From a virus, in IMG/VR virus record IMGVR_UViG_3300003154_000001: a DNA stretch of 64,000 nucleotides; one strand, written 5' to 3'. The notes under the pieces are model-generated. The model was not told the DNA's origin. It saw only the letters and a program-made list of their open reading frames with translations, and did no database searches. Made by a program: the position numbers and the translations under genes. Below, one piece after another: positions 59,600-64,000 of this stretch. Position 1 is the first letter of the stretch. Each line of letters begins with the position of its first letter.

Positions 59600-61339
59600 A
59601 TGGCACTAATTAATTTAGAACAATTAAAATGCCCGTATTTTGACGTAAGAGTAGGTCCTCCAGGACTTCCTACTGAAAAACTTATTCCTTTACCAGATTC
59701 CTTAAGAAGTATCCTGGTAAGTTTCGAGTATTCTGAAATGATTGATGGAGGAAGAGGATCTGCAGCTCGTATTAGGTTAACCTTTTATGATAATATTCAT
59801 AAATCTACTGCTGTACTAGATCAAAAGTTTTCTACAATAGGTGATGCTACTCAAATTACATATGTGACTCCAGAAGAAATAGCTTTAGGAAAATCTCTCT
59901 ATAATAAGATGAGAGAACAAGAATCTAAATTAGGAAAAATACTTGTTCCTTCTAATGCTACTCCACAGCAAATTGAAGTCAATGAGAAAAAACGTCAAGC
60001 TACAGAAAAAACTTTACAGGAATTACAAGAACAACTTTCTAAGACATCTGCAGATTTTGTTTTTCAAGAACGAAATATAGTTGAAGTTACTTGGGGATAT
60101 AAAGACGCATTAGGACAACATCCAGATTTACAACCAAGAACGGTAAGAGGAGAAATTTTACAGATTAATTATAAAGCTTCCGCAGGAGATATACCTCTTA
60201 CTGAGATATTAGCAGTTGACATTGGTTCGGGGGAGATGTCCAAAATCTATCGTAAAGAAGGTGTTAATTTTAGTAATAAGTTAGTTAAGGAAAAAATCAA
60301 AATTGGAGAACCTTTAGGAATAACAATTAAAACTCCAGCCGGGGAAGTAATTACTCGCTCTGATGATGCTCCAGCTAGAATAGATGATATATTTAGAGCC
60401 GTAGCAGATAGTTACTTAAAAAATACTATTGCTCATGTAGATCTTACTGATGAGGAAAAGTACTTAGATATTCAGGATAATACCAGTTCACGTAATTGGA
60501 CTCAAGGAACTAACCTTCACGACTTCCTTATGGAATTAGCTGAAAAAATATATGCTAATTATTACGTGACAGTAGAATATAGAAATGGAACATTAAAAAC
60601 TATTTTAAACTTAATATCCAGAAGAAAGTTTGAGGCTTCGAGTGCCATGCATTTCTTGTGGAAATCAGGTTTAGGTAGTGAAGAAACTACGTCTGCTGAT
60701 TCAGGAGAAGCCACTATATTTAATACAATTAAAGATTTTGAATTGGCATTATATCCCTCTGGTGGATCTGGAGCTAGTTCTTCAGGAATTTCTTCTTTAA
60801 GTAAAGAAAGTGTTGGGTCCTCTGCAAATAGAGATGAAAAATATAGTTATCTATTAACAGAACAATCCGAGTTAGATTTTAATAAGGGTCAGGCTCAAAA
60901 ACTTAATGATAGAGATCCAGAGAATGCTATATTAAATGATTCCCAGGGAATGTCTACATATTCCCCTTCTTCTAGTGATTCTCAACATGAGAGTATTGCT
61001 AATAAAATGGCTGGAAGAATGGAAAGAGGCTTGCGTTTAAGTTTCACTAGCATAGGGATACCTAAATTTAAACCTGGAGTAATTAAAGTTTCTAATATAG
61101 GAACCAGATATAGTGGATTATATTCAATTCTATCTGTAACTCATAGAATTAGTATTGGTGAAGGCTACATTTGTACAGCAATGGGGGAGACAAATGTAGT
61201 TAAAGGTGGTGGAGTTAGTGCAAAGAGTGCTCCAGTCAGAAATGATTTGGATAGATCTGTGAAATTCAATTTGTTAGGTGACACACCTCTAGATTTTGAA
61301 AAAGGCATAGATGTCATTAAGAAAGCCCTAGGACAATAA
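59600..61339 (+). CDS. baseplate hub, P2 gpD-like
   Basis: 579 aa. C-terminal YSGLYSILSVTHRISIGEGYICT is typical of the gpD/gp27-like family. Position is X-D-V-W-J. Confidence 0.6.
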   Translation: MALINLEQLKCPYFDVRVGPPGLPTEKLIPLPDSLRSILVSFEYSEMIDGGRGSAARIRLTFYDNIHKSTAVLDQKFSTIGDATQITYVTPEEIALGKSLYNKMREQESKLGKILVPSNATPQQIEVNEKKRQATEKTLQELQEQLSKTSADFVFQERNIVEVTWGYKDALGQHPDLQPRTVRGEILQINYKASAGDIPLTEILAVDIGSGEMSKIYRKEGVNFSNKLVKEKIKIGEPLGITIKTPAGEVITRSDDAPARIDDIFRAVADSYLKNTIAHVDLTDEEKYLDIQDNTSSRNWTQGTNLHDFLMELAEKIYANYYVTVEYRNGTLKTILNLISRRKFEASSAMHFLWKSGLGSEETTSADSGEATIFNTIKDFELALYPSGGSGASSSGISSLSKESVGSSANRDEKYSYLLTEQSELDFNKGQAQKLNDRDPENAILNDSQGMSTYSPSSSDSQHESIANKMAGRMERGLRLSFTSIGIPKFKPGVIKVSNIGTRYSGLYSILSVTHRISIGEGYICTAMGETNVVKGGGVSAKSAPVRNDLDRSVKFNLLGDTPLDFEKGIDVIKKALGQ

Positions 61340-61340
61340 T

Positions 61341-62258
61341 ATGTCGGTAAAATATATTGATTATAGTGGAGAAACTAGATACTTAGCTCCCTCTAAAGCA
61401 ATTGTAATCGACAATAAAGATCCTGATCAAAAAGGACGTATTCGAGTATATAGCCCAGTATATGGCGAAAGTCCTTGGATTCATTATATAACTATTGATG
61501 ATGGTTTCTTTTCTCCTCCAGATTTAGGCACAGTAGTTTATGTGGAAGCAGACGGTGGAGATCCTGATTTTATTATTGCTCGTGGCGTAATTAATGATGG
61601 ATTAATTATTAACTCCGATACTCCTATAGAATTTAGACGAGCCGTACCAACAAATAGAGGTTGGGTAAGCCCTGGAATATTAGATGTTACGGGAAAATGT
61701 ATAACTCCAAATTCTGGGCATCGTATTGAATTAGATGATGGGATCGCCCTAGATAATAATGGAAACATTACTCATACTACAGAATCTAAAGGAGTACGAC
61801 TTACTACCTCTGGTGGACATTACTTAAAATTGTGGGAAGAAGCATCGGAAGGTAGTCAAAAAAATAGAGCTGAATTAGGCACAGTTGATGGTCAAAGTAT
61901 ACAATTAATTGATGATATTGATTCCTTAAAGCAGCAAGTTATAATTAAAGATAAAGAAGATCGAACTATAGAGATTATAAAAGAAACGGATAGAATAAGA
62001 TTACGTAATAGAACTGGTACTATATATATTGATATAGATTTTACCAATGATACTATTACTTTAGACGCAGAGCATGTTAAACTTGGGACAAACGCAGCTC
62101 AATCTATAGTTCGTGGAGATGCATTTAAAACATTATTTGAATCACATACGCATCCATATACAAAGCCCTTGCATCCAGATGGATCCGATAATACTGGATC
62201 TCCAAATCAGACGCTAACAAGTGGTATAGAATTATCTGATAAACATAAGGTTGAATAA
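61341..62258 (+). CDS. baseplate central spike, gpV/gp5-like
   Basis: OB-fold signature AIVIDNKDPDQKGRIRVYSP...W, and a C-terminal HTH (SHTHPY) apex-type motif. Confidence 0.75.
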   Translation: MSVKYIDYSGETRYLAPSKAIVIDNKDPDQKGRIRVYSPVYGESPWIHYITIDDGFFSPPDLGTVVYVEADGGDPDFIIARGVINDGLIINSDTPIEFRRAVPTNRGWVSPGILDVTGKCITPNSGHRIELDDGIALDNNGNITHTTESKGVRLTTSGGHYLKLWEEASEGSQKNRAELGTVDGQSIQLIDDIDSLKQQVIIKDKEDRTIEIIKETDRIRLRNRTGTIYIDIDFTNDTITLDAEHVKLGTNAAQSIVRGDAFKTLFESHTHPYTKPLHPDGSDNTGSPNQTLTSGIELSDKHKVE

Positions 62259-62260
62259 CT

Positions 62261-62650
62261 ATGTCCAAACCACATTTAGGAAAAGGATTACAATTCCCCA
62301 TTAATGGTAAGTTTGAATCTTCTGAAGGAGTAGATAAGGTCCTGGAAGATCTACAAGCATTGTTACTAACCAACTTTGGTGAGCGAGTAATGCGATACAA
62401 CTACGGTTGTAATTTACCTTCCAGAATTTGGGAAAATTTAGATGAAGTAGCAGAAGTAGGGATTTCAGATATTAGTGAGGCTATAGCCAATTTTGAACCA
62501 CGCATATCTTTAATTGAGGTAATTCCTACGATTGATCGGACTATAGGGGCAGTTTATTTTAATATTCGTTTTATAATACTTGATACAAATACTGAAGTTA
62601 ATTTAGTATTTCCATTTAAACCATCTTCTCAATTGAGTATAAGGAGCTAA
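62261..62650 (+). CDS. baseplate wedge protein, GPW/gp25 family
   Basis: GKGLQFPI...VLEDLQALLLTNFGERVMRYNYGCNL matches the gp25-like signature. Confidence 0.8.
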   Translation: MSKPHLGKGLQFPINGKFESSEGVDKVLEDLQALLLTNFGERVMRYNYGCNLPSRIWENLDEVAEVGISDISEAIANFEPRISLIEVIPTIDRTIGAVYFNIRFIILDTNTEVNLVFPFKPSSQLSIRS

Positions 62651-62653
62651 CTA

Positions 62654-64000
62654 ATGGCAACTAATCGCTCCATAGATTACATTGCAAAAGACTTTGATTC
62701 TGTAGTAGACGCCCTGATTACCTATGCTACAGTTAACTTTGGTCCAGATACGGCTGCAAACCGTCAATGGACAGATTTTAACGTAGATGATTTTAGTCGA
62801 ACATGGCTAGAATTAGTAGCATATGTAGCAGATCTAATTTTCTACTATTTAGATGTACAAGCTACACAGAGTAATTTGCAAACAGCTACTATTAGATCAG
62901 CAGTATTAAATATTGCAAAACAATTTGGATATGTGGTTCCAACTGCAACTTCCTCGTCGGGATTAGCGAAATTTACATTAACTACTGGTGAAACAATCCC
63001 GATAGGATTTAGACTAGCAGCTACTAATGGAGCACCATTCTTTGTAGCTTCCGCAGTACCTGCTGCTGGATCTACCACTTTACAGCCTATTCTTCAAGTA
63101 GTTCAGGGAGAGCAAAAGACTGATACTTTTAGGGCGTTAGGTGTACAGAATGAAGAAATTGTTCTCAATTTTTCTCCATTAGTTAAAGATTTAGATAATG
63201 CAATTATATCTATTAGGAGTCCTCAAGTAAATGTTAATTGGAATCCTTATACCTTAGTAGAAACATTTATAAATAGCCTTCCCTCTGATAAGCATTATAG
63301 AGTTAGTATTAATACAGATGGCAGAGCTATATTACGTTTTGGAGATGGTATATTTGGACAAAAATTAAATCCTAATGATTCCATTATAGTTAATTATCGT
63401 ATTGGTGGTGGAACTATAGGGAATATATCGGCAGATACTCTTACAGTATTAGTAGATTCTGCAACATTTATTCAGTCTGTTACCAACCCTCTGTCATTTA
63501 GTGGTGGTTCCGATGAACCTACTACAGATAAATTAAGAGAGTTAATTCCAGCTAGTCTTAGAACTTTGGAAAGAGCAGTGGCCGTAGATGATTACGCAGA
63601 TATAGTATTGGCTAATTTTTCAAATGTTGATAAGGCCGCAGCCGAGGAAAATACAGAGGATCCAGGGATTGATGTAAATTTATACATCGTTCCCTCTGGA
63701 AATACGATCACTCCAATTACTCAGAATGCTCCCTTATTAAATAGTATAGGATCTTTCATAGATAAACGAAAAACTGTTACTACCGTTGTTAGCATTAATG
63801 ACGCCTACGGAGTAGATGTAAAGTTTAAAATTAAAGCTTATTTAGTGTCGGGTGTTTCCAGATCTGCTATTACCGAAACTATTGTATCTACACTACAAAC
63901 ATTCCTAGATTTACAAGAAGGCGATATAGATGGTTCTGGTACTAAATTTGGTCAGAAGATTCTTATTAATGATTTATATCAACTTCTGGATACTATTGAA
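62654..64000 (+). CDS. baseplate J-like protein (gpJ/gp6 family); C-terminus beyond the window
   Basis: ATG at 62654 behind AAGGAG. Open to the window end (449 codons). N-terminus IDYIAKDFDSVVDAL... and its position after gp25 fit Baseplate_J. Confidence 0.75.
   Translation, partial: MATNRSIDYIAKDFDSVVDALITYATVNFGPDTAANRQWTDFNVDDFSRTWLELVAYVADLIFYYLDVQATQSNLQTATIRSAVLNIAKQFGYVVPTATSSSGLAKFTLTTGETIPIGFRLAATNGAPFFVASAVPAAGSTTLQPILQVVQGEQKTDTFRALGVQNEEIVLNFSPLVKDLDNAIISIRSPQVNVNWNPYTLVETFINSLPSDKHYRVSINTDGRAILRFGDGIFGQKLNPNDSIIVNYRIGGGTIGNISADTLTVLVDSATFIQSVTNPLSFSGGSDEPTTDKLRELIPASLRTLERAVAVDDYADIVLANFSNVDKAAAEENTEDPGIDVNLYIVPSGNTITPITQNAPLLNSIGSFIDKRKTVTTVVSINDAYGVDVKFKIKAYLVSGVSRSAITETIVSTLQTFLDLQEGDIDGSGTKFGQKILINDLYQLLDTIE

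Noticed and set aside
30149-63078. Minus-strand ORFs inside the right arm: 30149..30394, 31193..31603, 32560..32781, 33171..33386, 35147..35626, 35596..35850, 37928..38182, 38367..38558, 38920..39213, 38987..39217, 39322..39561, 42494..42679, 45178..45372, 45986..46453, 46450..46944, 48289..48633, 49125..49442, 52119..52376, 52402..52599, 52596..52784, 52938..53129, 53837..54028, 55180..55536, 57634..57867, 58743..58970, 61538..61768, 62125..62400, 62845..63078. Also the alternative plus frames 38478..38684 and 56580..56765.
   Set aside because: They are antisense or out-of-frame shadows of strongly supported structural genes. The longest ones coincide with GC-rich or Ala/Gly-rich stretches, where stop codons are rare on the opposite strand.
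1-64000. Prophage or lysogeny features (integrase, repressor, att sites) and flanking bacterial genes.
   Set aside because: No tyrosine or serine recombinase motifs, no CI/Cro-like pair that I could recognise, and no bacterial housekeeping genes. The window looks like a phage genome throughout, but its lifestyle cannot be decided from this fragment.

Overview
The window reads as a segment of an AT-rich tailed dsDNA phage genome (GC roughly one third by eye, not computed) with a contractile tail. It has two divergent arms.

Left arm (1-27082) is almost entirely minus-strand: about 75 short, tightly packed or overlapping genes.
- Recognisable products: ATP-dependent DNA ligase, a MoxR-type AAA+ ATPase next to a VWA/zincin protein, a membrane-anchored lytic transglycosylase, one intact and one disrupted HNH endonuclease, a HAD phosphatase, a SprT-like protease, a GP88-like protein and a tRNA-Met-like gene.
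- Many zinc-ribbon microproteins and several paralogue families.

A 0.74-kb repeat-dense non-coding region (27083-27823) separates the arms. It ends in a near-consensus sigma70-type promoter.

Right arm (27824-64000) is plus-strand, in this order:
- A tandem array of small acidic paralogues.
- A 570-bp gap holding a GC-rich structured RNA element.
- A complete-looking morphogenesis module: large terminase, portal, scaffold, major capsid, beta-rich fibre/decoration paralogues, connector proteins, sheath and three gp19-type tube paralogues.
- A tail chaperone with a -1 frameshift site, tape measure, and a P2/Mu-type baseplate (X, D, V, W/gp25, J).

No integrase, CRISPR array, reverse transcriptase or rRNA was seen. 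All functional calls come from motif recognition, gene order and size. No database search was run.

Best candidates for something undescribed:
- the acidic tail-motif gene array,
- the triplicated two-gene cassette with a basic C-terminal motif,
- the structured RNA upstream of the packaging genes,
- the conserved TTAACAAAGGGG leaders of the 22-27 kb module.
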